The notes: generated by a model from the sequence alone, not told the origin. Positions 8,513 to 18,247 are shown, numbered from the stretch's first letter. The stretch: 64,000 bases of DNA from Patescibacteria group bacterium (GCA_041645555.1 JBAZPX010000004.1:10334-74333); one strand, 5' to 3'. A program made the numbers and translations.

Positions 8513-8684
8513 TTCTCTATTTAGACCCGCTACTTAATAATCTTTCGTCGCGAAATGAAGAAATTTAGAGCGAAAAATTTAAAAAGCGACGATGTTTATA
8601 TGCTTATATAAGCGGAGGAGCTTTTTTAATTTTGCAGCCGAAATTTCAAATTGCAGCAGAAAAAATTATTAAGCAGCGGGTCTA

Positions 8685-9095
8685 CTATAAAACTTTGTTT
8701 AAAATCGTTTCGCCAAGGAACCTGGTGATTAAATAAGCAGTGGCTACTATAATTAAGCCGATAGAAGCTTGGGTGATTATACTGATGGCCTTGCCGACCT
8801 GCTCTTCATTGCCCCGGGCCGTCATCCAGAGATAGCCGCCGTAAATAACTAAAACAAAAAATAAAATACCGATAAAAGACAGGCCGACGCCGATAATCCC
8901 GCCGATAAGACTGGGGACATCGGTTTGGCTTGGGACTTTGCCAAATCCCTCCTTAGCCGTATCTTCCAGCCCCTTTGACGCCTTTTCTAAGCCCGTGGCA
9001 TTATCAGCCGCTTGGACCAGACAGATTTGCCCGGCAAAAACCGTGAAAGATAAAACCGCGACAAAAATTATAATGAAAATTTTCCTCATATCCAA
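8685..9095 (-). CDS. TrbC/VirB2-like small membrane protein, paralog 6
   Basis: Motif IYGGYLWMTARGNEEQV. Signal peptide ..LVQAADN. Confidence 0.7.
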   Translation of the reverse strand: MDMRKIFIIIFVAVLSFTVFAGQICLVQAADNATGLEKASKGLEDTAKEGFGKVPSQTDVPSLIGGIIGVGLSFIGILFFVLVIYGGYLWMTARGNEEQVGKAISIITQASIGLIIVATAYLITRFLGETILNKVL

Positions 9096-9199
9096 AAAAT
9101 TTAATTTCTTATTTTCCCCTTAACTTTCCACTTGCTCCGGACACAACAAATATTATGTCCAGAGGAGTGGATCCCCGCCAAAGGCGGGGAAACCACCTA

Positions 9200-9221
9200 T
9201 TCTTAAAACCGGTTTTAAGAA
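9200..9221 (-). terminator. perfect palindrome/terminator after paralog 7
   Basis: ttcttaaaacc/ggttttaagaa lies directly downstream of the stop at 9223. Confidence 0.45.
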
Positions 9222-9222
9222 T

Positions 9223-9642
9223 TTATGCTGCTCCTGCGCCAGTTTTCGTGTATAACGTGTCAATGACAAACTTGGCGATTCCCCAGGCAGCTAGAACAAT
9301 AATTAAGCCGATTATGCCGGCTGTTATTAATTTTTTGGATTCTTCCACTTTTTCTTCGTTGCCTCCGGCTGTCATCCATTTAAATCCGCCCAAGAGGATT
9401 ATAACTACGGCGATAATACCCAAAAATCCCAAGGCGACGTTAATAACACTAGCCGCTATTTCTCTCGGATCCTTGTCTCCCAAACCTATTTCACCTTGTA
9501 CAGCATCTTCCGTGCCTCCCCAAAGCAACGTATCTGCTTCTCCCGCCGCCTGCGCGACAGGCAGAGCTAAAACAAATGCCGGGGCCATAATTAGCATAAT
9601 CATGGCCGCTACGAATAGATTTTTATAAAGCTTTTCTCTCAT
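9223..9642 (-). CDS. TrbC/VirB2-like small membrane protein, paralog 7
   Basis: Motif LLGGFKWMTAGGNEEKV. Signal peptide ..PVAQAAGE. Confidence 0.7.
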   Translation of the reverse strand: MREKLYKNLFVAAMIMLIMAPAFVLALPVAQAAGEADTLLWGGTEDAVQGEIGLGDKDPREIAASVINVALGFLGIIAVVIILLGGFKWMTAGGNEEKVEESKKLITAGIIGLIIVLAAWGIAKFVIDTLYTKTGAGAA

Positions 9643-9715
9643 ATTTCACCTCCCCTCTAAATCCTGGCCAATATTTAAAATATCACCAAGAGTTATTTGT
9701 TTTAATAATAAATAT

Positions 9716-11686
9716 TTATAAACATCCTTTAACCTCGGAAATCGCCATTTTATAAGAATTCAAAGCCTCCTGATAAAGAATTTTAAATTCCGAATATTTC
9801 TGTTTTGTTGAATCTAAATTAAACGGGCTGAGGCTGATACTATCTAATTTTGCTACGGCGGCCGCAATCTTACCCTCTGAAGCGGTTATACTTGCGGAAG
9901 CCGCGGTGCAAGTCATGGTTGTCGCAACGTTTTTTATATTATTAAGATTAGCATTTAAACTATTTAACGATTTAGACCCGTTATAAAGATAGCTAAAAAC
10001 TTTATGCCCGGAATAACCATTTATTTGTTTATAGATTGCCTGCGAATCATTGGTTAAAACAACAATCTTTTTGCCGAGCGGATCAGAGCCATCCCGTAAT
10101 TCTTCCATTATTTTATCTTTTATGGCGCCCGCTTTTGTCTTTAAGGTAGCAGAAAAGAAACCGTCAATTCCTGTTTTATAATCTTCTGTTTTGGCAATAA
10201 TAGAATTAATATTGCTCAATCCCTTTAATATCACAGCCACTTGTTTATATCTGCCGTCTTTTTTTAAAGAACTATTGTCATTAGAAACCGTGGCATAGTC
10301 GTTCCAAGGCTTCCCCCCTATATATCCGTTATACAAAACTACGGAACCGTCTATTATTGTATTATAACCCGCCATTATAGTAGCCGCCGCGAAAACCTTG
10401 CTTAGATATTTTTTATTTGTATTGTTGGAATATTCCTTAAATTTAATAAGCTTCCCATTAACATTATTCACGTAATACAAAGATTCATAAACCAGTTTAG
10501 TAAGTTTATACTGGTCGTCCTTTTCTAAACTGCCGTATAAACTCTTTATAACCGTTAAATTATTAGTGGCATTAGTAATATTTGCCGTTGATAGCTTGCT
10601 GGACAAAATCTTTTTCTCAAAATTATCTCTATAATAGCTTATGGCCTTGTCTATATGCTTACCGCTGCCATTAAATTCGGCCTTTGCCGCCGCGGGAATT
10701 AAAAGGTCAGAAAAACCTCCTGCCTTAGTTCTATAACTTTCAAATTTTTCGTAATAACCATTGCACTTTGTGTAAATTTTAAGCTTATATTTTAATAATT
10801 CAACCTGAGTTTTCTGGATAGAGTCTAGAGCGGCTATTTTATTAGTAATAACTGCCGGATCTGTTCCTGACTGGACAGAAGTCAGTTCTGCCGCTAATGG
10901 CGTCAAAATCGGAGTAACCTCGTTATTAAAATCAGTGAGCGTCGCCGTCTCTAATTTTTTATTCTTCGCTATGTAATCCTTATATCCGTTTAAAGTTTTC
11001 TGTATTTGCAAATTTTTATTTTTATAGCTATCTTTTAAATTCGCAATATCTTGCACTTCGGGGGTCGTAACATTGCTACTGACAAAACCCGAGCATCCTA
11101 CATCATACCCCAGTTCGGTATCACTATTTATCTTATTGCCGTTGCACGCCTGGATTTTAATACTATATGAAGTATTAGAAACAAGGCTTCCAAGTGTAGT
11201 TGTATATGTCCCTTGGGCAATTTCCCTATAAGTATAAGTGCTGGTCGCTGTCGCTTTATAGCCAACCTGATATAAAGTTGCCCCGGTAATGGAGTCCCAA
11301 TTTAAAGTGATAGAATCTGAAGTTTTTAAAGAAGTTACCTTCGGCTTAGCCGGATTAGTCGAACAATTAATTTCAGCAAAACCAGAACACTCGCTCGCGC
11401 CGTTACAAGCCTGGACCCTGATATTATATTCTCGGCCGGATTCTAGGCCACCTATGCTAGCCGAGGTTTCAGTTGCGCTTTTCAGGGTTCCAGCGCTTCC
11501 AATCTTATACTTGTAAGACGAAGTGTCAATAACTGCGGTCCAGGTCGCTTTTATAGAGCTTAGAGTGGCCGCGGCATTATCGCACGCGAGGCCAGTCGGT
11601 AGGCCGGGAGCCGCCGCTTCCGCCACCAGGAGGGGAGAAGCGAAGAAAAAAAACCCGGCAATAAATAAAAATTTCAAAAAATTCAT
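9716..11686 (-). CDS. secreted surface protein with FN3-like repeats and a long Asn/Lys-rich C-terminal region
   Basis: 656 aa with an N-terminal signal peptide. Repeats each end ..Y.I.VQACNG..C.GF. Confidence 0.6.
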   Translation of the reverse strand: MNFLKFLFIAGFFFFASPLLVAEAAAPGLPTGLACDNAAATLSSIKATWTAVIDTSSYKYKIGSAGTLKSATETSASIGGLESGREYNIRVQACNGASECSGFAEINCSTNPAKPKVTSLKTSDSITLNWDSITGATLYQVGYKATATSTYTYREIAQGTYTTTLGSLVSNTSYSIKIQACNGNKINSDTELGYDVGCSGFVSSNVTTPEVQDIANLKDSYKNKNLQIQKTLNGYKDYIAKNKKLETATLTDFNNEVTPILTPLAAELTSVQSGTDPAVITNKIAALDSIQKTQVELLKYKLKIYTKCNGYYEKFESYRTKAGGFSDLLIPAAAKAEFNGSGKHIDKAISYYRDNFEKKILSSKLSTANITNATNNLTVIKSLYGSLEKDDQYKLTKLVYESLYYVNNVNGKLIKFKEYSNNTNKKYLSKVFAAATIMAGYNTIIDGSVVLYNGYIGGKPWNDYATVSNDNSSLKKDGRYKQVAVILKGLSNINSIIAKTEDYKTGIDGFFSATLKTKAGAIKDKIMEELRDGSDPLGKKIVVLTNDSQAIYKQINGYSGHKVFSYLYNGSKSLNSLNANLNNIKNVATTMTCTAASASITASEGKIAAAVAKLDSISLSPFNLDSTKQKYSEFKILYQEALNSYKMAISEVKGCL

Positions 11687-11728
11687 ATTTTTATTTTAAA
11701 TATCTATTAGAATCCCGCTTATTATGAA

Positions 11729-12100
11729 TTAGAGGGCGTCAATACCGCTATCGTCAATATCTTTATCTTCTTCCAGATTAACATCACTGTCGTCAATTCC
11801 CGAATCGTCAATCACCGCGTCTTCCTCTACGGCATTCGCATTCATCTTGTTAGAATTTTTCTCCAAGTCGTCTAAATATTTTTTAAGATCTTCCTTACTT
11901 TTAGGAACCTCCTTTATTGCTCCGGTCTCCCCCGCTCCGGTATCGGATTGTAAATAGCCTCTTTGCACGGGCTGGTCTTCCTGACTAGTGTCTTCCGGCG
12001 AAATAACCGTATCGGCTGGCTGATTTTTACCGCAACCGGCCAAACCAAAAACTAAAAAAGGCAAGAGGAAAAATAATAAAAGAAGTTTTTTGTTGGACAT
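11729..12100 (-). CDS. acidic lipoprotein, hypothetical
   Basis: Lipobox GLAGC. Asp/Glu-rich with repeated IDDSGIDD. Confidence 0.5.
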   Translation of the reverse strand: MSNKKLLLLFFLLPFLVFGLAGCGKNQPADTVISPEDTSQEDQPVQRGYLQSDTGAGETGAIKEVPKSKEDLKKYLDDLEKNSNKMNANAVEEDAVIDDSGIDDSDVNLEEDKDIDDSGIDAL

Positions 12101-12219
12101 ATATTTTTGAATTATTAGACTATTAACCTTATATATTTGCTATATACACCATATTTGATAAACCATAGAGGTTATCAACATTTCTTATATTTTACCATAT
12201 CTAAGAAATAAAACAAAAT

Positions 12220-12247
12220 AACCCCGCCCCCTGAGAGGGGCGGGGTT
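12220..12247 (-). terminator. intrinsic terminator
   Basis: aaccccgcccc-ctgaga-ggggcggggtt; on the minus strand it is followed by a T-rich run. Confidence 0.6.
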
Positions 12248-12370
12248 AAAAGAAGGGGCCTGTCACTGCCTACTGAAATTATCCTGTCTTTATGCCCTGC
12301 AGTAAAAAGGCACGACATTTTAATATATAAAATAAGTTTTAGCTAATAAGTTATCTCCTATATTTTTGAG

Positions 12371-13720
12371 TTAGAATAATTTATTTTCTCCAGAATTACC
12401 AGAAGAATCATCTTTTTTCTCTGCCGAAGGCGGATTTTCCGGGCTTTCTTTATTTACCCGCTGCTCCTTGACCAACTCCCTGTTCACCCAGAATATCCAG
12501 CCGATTACAGCCAATATAAATATAATAAATATTATCAGATTCATGCCCAATCCCCCTTGTCCCTGATTACTTTCATTAATCAGGCCGGGAGAGCTCTTTC
12601 CTTTTTTCGTTATCTGGCCATTCACCTCCGCCGTCTCTTTTTTAGAAACACTTTCCTTATTCTCTATGTCCCCGCTCGGAGAAATAGAGAGTGGAGATTC
12701 TTGCCCGCTTTCAGAAACCGGCTCCTCAATTTTGCCTACCAACCCATCCTTTTCTTCCCGGGCTCCCTCGCTAATAACCGGCTGGCGCACAGAAAAATAA
12801 ACAATATTTGACCGCTTGCTTTCCTTGCCGCGGCTATCAGTGGCCGTTGTATAAACGGAATGGCTTCCTCTGGCCAAACTTAAAGATTTAAAAGCAAAAT
12901 TAGCCGTGCCGGAAAGATGATTGGCTACCTCGAATTGTCCGGTTAGTTTATTATCAATAAAAACTTTTACGGAAGAATTGTTTTTGGACAAACCAACGAT
13001 AAAAGGTTGATTATATTGGGTCTGGCTGTTTACTACGGGGGAAAACAAAGTCGGAGCCGGCATCGGTTTTTGAACTAAAAACTCTAAAATATTAGAAATT
13101 CCGCTTTTTTTGCCTAAATCGTCTTCAGCTACGGCCCAAATTTTATGCGATCCTATTTCTAAATTCAGGAATGGCTTATAGGCGAAATTGGCTGTGCCTG
13201 ATTCGTGGGATAAAATTTCCGTCCGCCCGTTATAAACGCCGTCAATATAAATATAGACAAAACTCCAATTACTAACTAAGCCGGTTATATAGGGCTTGGG
13301 CTCCCCAATTATCTTTCCGGACGCCGGGCTCACTAAAGTCGGGGCGGCCAGGGGAGGAATTATATATTTCATCTCCACCGGCGGGGATAAAACCAAAGAG
13401 GTTTTATCTCGAGCAATGAGCTTTACTTCATTCCCGCCGGCCAAAGCCGTTGAATGCTCATAATAAAAGCTATCGCTAGCCGTCCCCTCGCTTTTTACCT
13501 TGGCAAAATCGGTATAAATCCCGTCAATATAAACTAAAACTTCGGTGTTAGCCGGAGTTAATCCTTTTATAAAAAGCTGGCGGGAAAATTCTTGGCCCTT
13601 TTTATCCCCTAATTGGACAATAGTCGGAGAATCAACCTGCCCAGCCAGAGCCTCGCCAGCAGAAAAGAGAATTAGAAGAGTAAAAAAAATAAAGGGGGCG
13701 GCTTTCTTTAATAAAATCAT
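12371..13720 (-). CDS. surface protein with three Ig-like repeats and a C-terminal membrane anchor
   Basis: Signal peptide. ~95-aa repeats (..V.VYIDG..SGTANFA.K...L..GSH.....A.D..GK.S..SN). TM NLIIFIIFILAVIGWIFWV near the C-terminus. Confidence 0.6.
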   Translation of the reverse strand: MILLKKAAPFIFFTLLILFSAGEALAGQVDSPTIVQLGDKKGQEFSRQLFIKGLTPANTEVLVYIDGIYTDFAKVKSEGTASDSFYYEHSTALAGGNEVKLIARDKTSLVLSPPVEMKYIIPPLAAPTLVSPASGKIIGEPKPYITGLVSNWSFVYIYIDGVYNGRTEILSHESGTANFAYKPFLNLEIGSHKIWAVAEDDLGKKSGISNILEFLVQKPMPAPTLFSPVVNSQTQYNQPFIVGLSKNNSSVKVFIDNKLTGQFEVANHLSGTANFAFKSLSLARGSHSVYTTATDSRGKESKRSNIVYFSVRQPVISEGAREEKDGLVGKIEEPVSESGQESPLSISPSGDIENKESVSKKETAEVNGQITKKGKSSPGLINESNQGQGGLGMNLIIFIIFILAVIGWIFWVNRELVKEQRVNKESPENPPSAEKKDDSSGNSGENKLF

Positions 13721-14030
13721 AAAATTATCTTCCTCCTTAATTTCTTTACTTTATTTTTCATTCTCTCAAACAATAATTATTCCTTTTTAATCATTAAATT
13801 ATTTAATCTTCTTATTTTTAATCATTGGTTAATTAGGGCTAATGGGGTGCAGATCAGCGAGGCCGATTTGACCTTTTTAGCCCTAATAACTAATGATAGT
13901 TTTACTTTATCCGGCTCCCGTTTCTCCGTCAAGTAAATAACTCGTTAATAAGCTGGGGGAAAGCCGGAAAAAACTGTGCAAAAAAATGTGGATAAAACGG
14001 GGATAAATACCCCTATATTTTGATAATATT

Positions 14031-14390
14031 TTAAATAACATCCTTATAATGTTTAATCTTAGCCATTTTTTCCTGCCGGCTGATATCGACAGAAATGAAG
14101 TCCAGCCTAACTAAATTTTCATCTAGATTATTTTCATAAATATAAAATTCCAGAGCCTTTTTCAGATTACTCAATTTTTTAGATTCAAAAGCGTCCTCGG
14201 CGCTTCCAAAAATTGATGATAATCTGGTTTTTACCTCAACAAAAATCAGCGTTTCCCCAACCCGGGCAATAATATCTATTTCCTTAAAACTAATTTTTAC
14301 ATTGATGTCTATGATCTTATAGCCATGTTTTAATAAATAGTCCCTAGCCAAATTCTCGCCAAATTTTCCCACCACCTGTTTATAATTCAT
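14031..14390 (-). CDS. yraN: YraN-family endonuclease (UPF0102)
   Basis: GENLARDYLLKHGYKII..EIDIIA..LIFVEVKTR..RLDFISV matches the YraN pattern. Confidence 0.75.
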   Translation of the reverse strand: MNYKQVVGKFGENLARDYLLKHGYKIIDINVKISFKEIDIIARVGETLIFVEVKTRLSSIFGSAEDAFESKKLSNLKKALEFYIYENNLDENLVRLDFISVDISRQEKMAKIKHYKDVI

Positions 14391-14457
14391 ATGACCAGAA
14401 AAATAAAAAGACCTTAATCGGCCTTTTTATTTTATTATTTTATTATTTTTTTATTTT

Positions 14458-14868
14458 TTAAGGTATGTATTTTTTATATTCCTTTTCCTCCTCAAGCTTT
14501 TTTTTCCTTTCCGGTATTTTCAACAGGGATTTAGCAATAAAAACAAGCCAAACCAGCATAAAAACCGCCCAAAGAAGAAGCCAAAAACGGGAGGACAGGA
14601 AGGGAATAAATTCATAATTAAAAAAAAGTAGAATTAAACCGATAAAAGCATTGGCCAGGGAGAAAGAAGAAAGCCGCCGCCAAAAAGAAGCATAAAGGCC
14701 TCCTTTTTTAGCGATAAAAAGACGGTAGAAAAGAAAAAAAACGACCAAAGCCAAAACAAAAATAATAAAAATCTTTTGGTAAATAGGCAGAAGCGCGTCC
14801 GGCCTGAGATTAAACCAAAATTTTAGTGATAAAAGATTCCCCATAATTTTAAAAATAAAATAATACAA
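14458..14868 (-). CDS. hypothetical membrane protein
   Basis: Four hydrophobic helices and a K/E-rich C-terminus. The start may be the internal Met at 14844. Confidence 0.45.
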   Translation of the reverse strand: MYYFIFKIMGNLLSLKFWFNLRPDALLPIYQKIFIIFVLALVVFFLFYRLFIAKKGGLYASFWRRLSSFSLANAFIGLILLFFNYEFIPFLSSRFWLLLWAVFMLVWLVFIAKSLLKIPERKKKLEEEKEYKKYIP

Positions 14869-14941
14869 GAATAAAATAATAAAGTAATTTATTTCAGCAT
14901 CCTATTATTTTATTTTTATATTATTTTGTTATTTTATTATT

Positions 14942-15496
14942 TTACAGCTTAACAAATAAAATCCCAAAATGATACTGGCCGGCTTCAAATTCGTCCTCTA
15001 TTTCCAACCCTAATTTCTTTGCTCCAATTTTCAAGAGATCCGGCTTAACCCTTTCTTCTGGCGGCGGCCCAAAAGGGGAAGACACGTTCTTCCACTCTAC
15101 TACTAATAATTTCGCCCCTTTTTTGAGCATCCTTATGGCTTCCCGCAAGATTTCCACTCTTTTATGGGATTGATACAAGGTATTTATAAGCAAAGCCACA
15201 TCAAGGCTGCCCGATTCTATCCTGGTGGCTTTAAAAACCTCCAAATCGCTCCAAACCGTCCTGATGTTCCCTATGTTTTCCTGCTTAACCCTTTTATCAA
15301 TTCCCCCTAAAACCGTTTTTAAAATATCAACGGCATAGACAACGCCTCTTTTGCCAACCATTTTCGCGGCGGGAAAAATAAAATGCCCGGAAGCGCCGCA
15401 GCCCAAATCAGCTACTTTTATATTTTCCGTGATTTGCGCTTTGCTTAATATAAAATCCGCGTCAAGCAAAGCATTTCCTCCTGTAACCCTAAACAT
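14942..15496 (-). CDS. class I SAM-dependent methyltransferase
   Basis: Motif I VADLGCGASGHF; 184 aa. Confidence 0.65.
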   Translation of the reverse strand: MFRVTGGNALLDADFILSKAQITENIKVADLGCGASGHFIFPAAKMVGKRGVVYAVDILKTVLGGIDKRVKQENIGNIRTVWSDLEVFKATRIESGSLDVALLINTLYQSHKRVEILREAIRMLKKGAKLLVVEWKNVSSPFGPPPEERVKPDLLKIGAKKLGLEIEDEFEAGQYHFGILFVKL

Positions 15497-15515
15497 AAAA
15501 TTAAAAATTTATATC

Positions 15516-16199
15516 TTACTCGTTCACCAATACCTGCCGATAGAGAACCGCCCCGCGACCATATTTCTTTTTGGCGGTTACGGTTATAGTATTTAACCCT
15601 GATTTTAAATTAATTCTTTCCGTGAAAAAACTCTCGTTTTCTCCGGGACTTAAAGCGACCGGCCCCCCGTTAATTTCAACTTGCGCTTCCGGCTCCGTTT
15701 TCCCGAAAACAACCACGAAATTATTATTAGTGACTGAATTATCCAGCGGCTCAATTATAAGAAGCATCGGCGGCGATATTATTTTTTTTAAACAAAAACC
15801 CAAATAAACAAAAAGGGCAAAAACAATAACGATTATAACAAAACTTCTTACGATTTTGGGAACGACTAAAAAATTATGTTTTTTCACGACCTGCTGAGAA
15901 AAAATCTCTCTGCCCTTGCTCGCCCCGCCCAAACTCCTATCCGCCTCGAGTTCTTTTAATAATTTCTTGAAGTTAAGCCCTAAATAAACGGCATATTCCC
16001 TTAAAAAATTTTTCCCATACACCCCGGCCGGTAATTTAGCATATTCTCCATTCTCCAGGGCTTCAAGATATTCATACTTTATATTTAATTTTTTGGCAAT
16101 ATCCTTAAGATTTAAATTCTTTTCCTGCCGGCGCTTGATGAGCTCTCCGGCCACCATCTCGGAAGCTGACAATATTTTATTCGGCCTGAATTCATTCAT
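15516..16199 (-). CDS. RodZ-like helix-turn-helix membrane protein
   Basis: N-terminal HTH (NLKDIAKKLNIKYEYLEALENGEYAKLP), a central TM helix and a beta-rich C-terminal domain. Confidence 0.6.
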   Translation of the reverse strand: MNEFRPNKILSASEMVAGELIKRRQEKNLNLKDIAKKLNIKYEYLEALENGEYAKLPAGVYGKNFLREYAVYLGLNFKKLLKELEADRSLGGASKGREIFSQQVVKKHNFLVVPKIVRSFVIIVIVFALFVYLGFCLKKIISPPMLLIIEPLDNSVTNNNFVVVFGKTEPEAQVEINGGPVALSPGENESFFTERINLKSGLNTITVTAKKKYGRGAVLYRQVLVNE

Positions 16200-16220
16200 A
16201 GAGGCAAATCAATAAGTAGC

Positions 16221-16673
16221 TTATTTCTTAAACCAATTGGAACTTGCCCAACGCTCGCCTCCCGGGACCCCTAAAGTAGAAAAAATAAAACCAATAATTA
16301 TATAAGCGGTAAAAACAATTACCAAACCGATAACAGCATTTTCTATAGCGTCTTTGCCTATATTAATCTTTTTATCTTTACCGCCTTCGGCCCTAGTGCT
16401 CACACCAGCTAAAATCATCATTAACCCTCCATAAATAAACATCAACAAAGCCAATGAGCCGACAATCCCCAAAATCCACTGAGTAACGCTTATGCCCACT
16501 CTAACAAAATCGTTTAAAGTAAAATCACCTTTTTCCAAAGAACCTTCGTATTTTACCGGGCTGCTGTTTCCTAGCAGAGACTGTGCCCAACACGCATTAG
16601 CAGACAAAACAATAAAACAATAAAACAATAAAACAATAAAACAAATAAATTTTTTACTTTTAATAAATTTCAT
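16221..16673 (-). CDS. TrbC/VirB2-like small membrane protein, isolated paralog 8
   Basis: ORF trimmed to MKFIKSKKF. Loop IYGGLMMILAGVSTRAEGG and the same two-TM topology. Confidence 0.6.
   Translation of the reverse strand: MKFIKSKKFICFIVLLFYCFIVLSANACWAQSLLGNSSPVKYEGSLEKGDFTLNDFVRVGISVTQWILGIVGSLALLMFIYGGLMMILAGVSTRAEGGKDKKINIGKDAIENAVIGLVIVFTAYIIIGFIFSTLGVPGGERWASSNWFKK
16606..16646. repeat. 8-bp tandem repeat (aaaacaat x4 plus one imperfect unit) inside the signal-peptide coding region
   Basis: Read directly: units at 16606, 16614, 16622 and 16630. Encodes FIVLLFYCFIVL. The unit length is not a multiple of 3. Confidence 0.85.
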
Positions 16674-16730
16674 AATTCTCCTGCCCGCTCGCAAGCTTGC
16701 CTTGCAGGCGGGTAATTCTTAATTCATGCT

Positions 16731-18143
16731 TTATAATTCTTCCTTCGTTATCGTCTGCTGGACCCTTTTCGCCCCCAAATTTAGAATTTCTTCAATTTTC
16801 CCATCGCCCGCTACCGCCGAATCAATCATCTCCCCCATAATTAGTTCAGCCGCATTGGCATCTTCGCCATGATACCAGCTTTGGGCGGTTAGAACCTGGC
16901 CGGCAAAAACGTTTACATTCTCGTCTTCAATCTGCTCATTAACTAAAGAGCGCAGAGCGGTCGGTTTTTTTGTCTTAGCCAGATATAATTTTGCCTGTTC
17001 GGCCTTAGTGGCAAATTGGATAAAATCCCAGGCTTCGTTTATATATTTGCTTTTATTAGAAACCGTCTCCACCCAATAATTGGCAAAGTTTGTATTACCT
17101 AAGTTGCCCTCTATCTGCGGCAGTTTAGCAATGGCGAAATTCAATTTCGGCGCCCTGGCCTCTATAGTCGGAAGATGGTAAGCATAGCCAAACATCAAGG
17201 CAAGTTTGCCGGCGATAAACATTTCTAGGGAATTATCCAAACTGCTGTTCCAGCTGTAAACCTCTTTGGCTGGGTTGGAAAAATCCGTATAAAAACGCAG
17301 GGCCTCCAGACCGGGGCTGTACTTCTGTTCTTTTAAAGCCTCGGGAATCAGGTTAAAAACAATGTTACCGCTTTCATCCTCCATAACTGCGCCGTTCTGC
17401 ATCATTAGGATAGACAAAATATCACCATAGCGCTCTATATTTTTGCTTCCTCCCAAAGCCACGCCTGATTGGATAATCTTCCCGGCGGTATCCTGTTTGG
17501 TCAATTTTTTTACGGTCTGTTGAAATTCCTGGTTCCAAAAAGAAGGCGGCTCGGCCACGCCGGCGTTATTAAAAAGGTCCTTGTTATAATACATGGCTAG
17601 GGTATCAAGAGCTAGGGGCAAACCGAATATTTGTTCGCTTGTTTTACCGGTCTTTGAGTCTGTAACCGGCAGGACTATATCATCATACACTACATCAACG
17701 AAATTATCTTTTACATTCCGGAAATTTATGCTTTTTGTTGTTTTTAATTCCTGTACGATTTCTTTTTTAATCGTGCCTTTTTCAACCGGATAAACCATAG
17801 TAATTTCCGCCGGCAAAGGCGCCAGTTTGCTTTGGTATTTTTTTATCCAGGTATTGTGGAGGGAAAGAATGTCCGGTCCCTTATCTTCGGCCATCGCTTC
17901 TAAGAGCGCCTGCTCATATTCGTTATAGCGCAATTTTCGATAGTTAATTGTTATGTAGGGATGAAGAGTTTTATAATTGGCCATAATTTCCTCAAAAGCG
18001 TCCGGACCGTCCCAAACCCGCCAATAATTTAAAACTACCGGCTTCATCGCCTCTTGCGTTGCCTTGTCCGCTCCCTTACAGCCAAAACCAGAGGTTAAAA
18101 GAAAAGAAAAAATAAGCAAAAGAATAAATAATTTGTTCCTCAT
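16731..18143 (-). CDS. ABC transporter substrate-binding lipoprotein (family 1, sugar-type)
   Basis: 470 aa. Lipobox SGFGC. Typical extracellular solute-binding protein layout. Confidence 0.7.
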   Translation of the reverse strand: MRNKLFILLLIFSFLLTSGFGCKGADKATQEAMKPVVLNYWRVWDGPDAFEEIMANYKTLHPYITINYRKLRYNEYEQALLEAMAEDKGPDILSLHNTWIKKYQSKLAPLPAEITMVYPVEKGTIKKEIVQELKTTKSINFRNVKDNFVDVVYDDIVLPVTDSKTGKTSEQIFGLPLALDTLAMYYNKDLFNNAGVAEPPSFWNQEFQQTVKKLTKQDTAGKIIQSGVALGGSKNIERYGDILSILMMQNGAVMEDESGNIVFNLIPEALKEQKYSPGLEALRFYTDFSNPAKEVYSWNSSLDNSLEMFIAGKLALMFGYAYHLPTIEARAPKLNFAIAKLPQIEGNLGNTNFANYWVETVSNKSKYINEAWDFIQFATKAEQAKLYLAKTKKPTALRSLVNEQIEDENVNVFAGQVLTAQSWYHGEDANAAELIMGEMIDSAVAGDGKIEEILNLGAKRVQQTITKEEL

Positions 18144-18153
18144 ATATTATTTT

Positions 18154-18247
18154 CTACAAATTACAAATCTATTACAAATTTACGAATACAATATAAAACT
18201 TTTTAGCAAGAATTTGTAAATTTGTAAGGAATTTGTAATTCGTAAGG
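18154..18247. repeat. TACRAAT hairpin element, copy E1
   Basis: ctacaaattacaaat..tacgaataca / ..tttgtaaatttgtaagg..tttgtaattcgtaagg: inverted arms built from tacaaat/tacgaat heptamers. Confidence 0.8.

Noticed and set aside
9155-9628. 157-aa plus-strand ORF
   Set aside because: It is antisense to pilin paralog 7 and begins inside the GC hairpin at 9172-9192.
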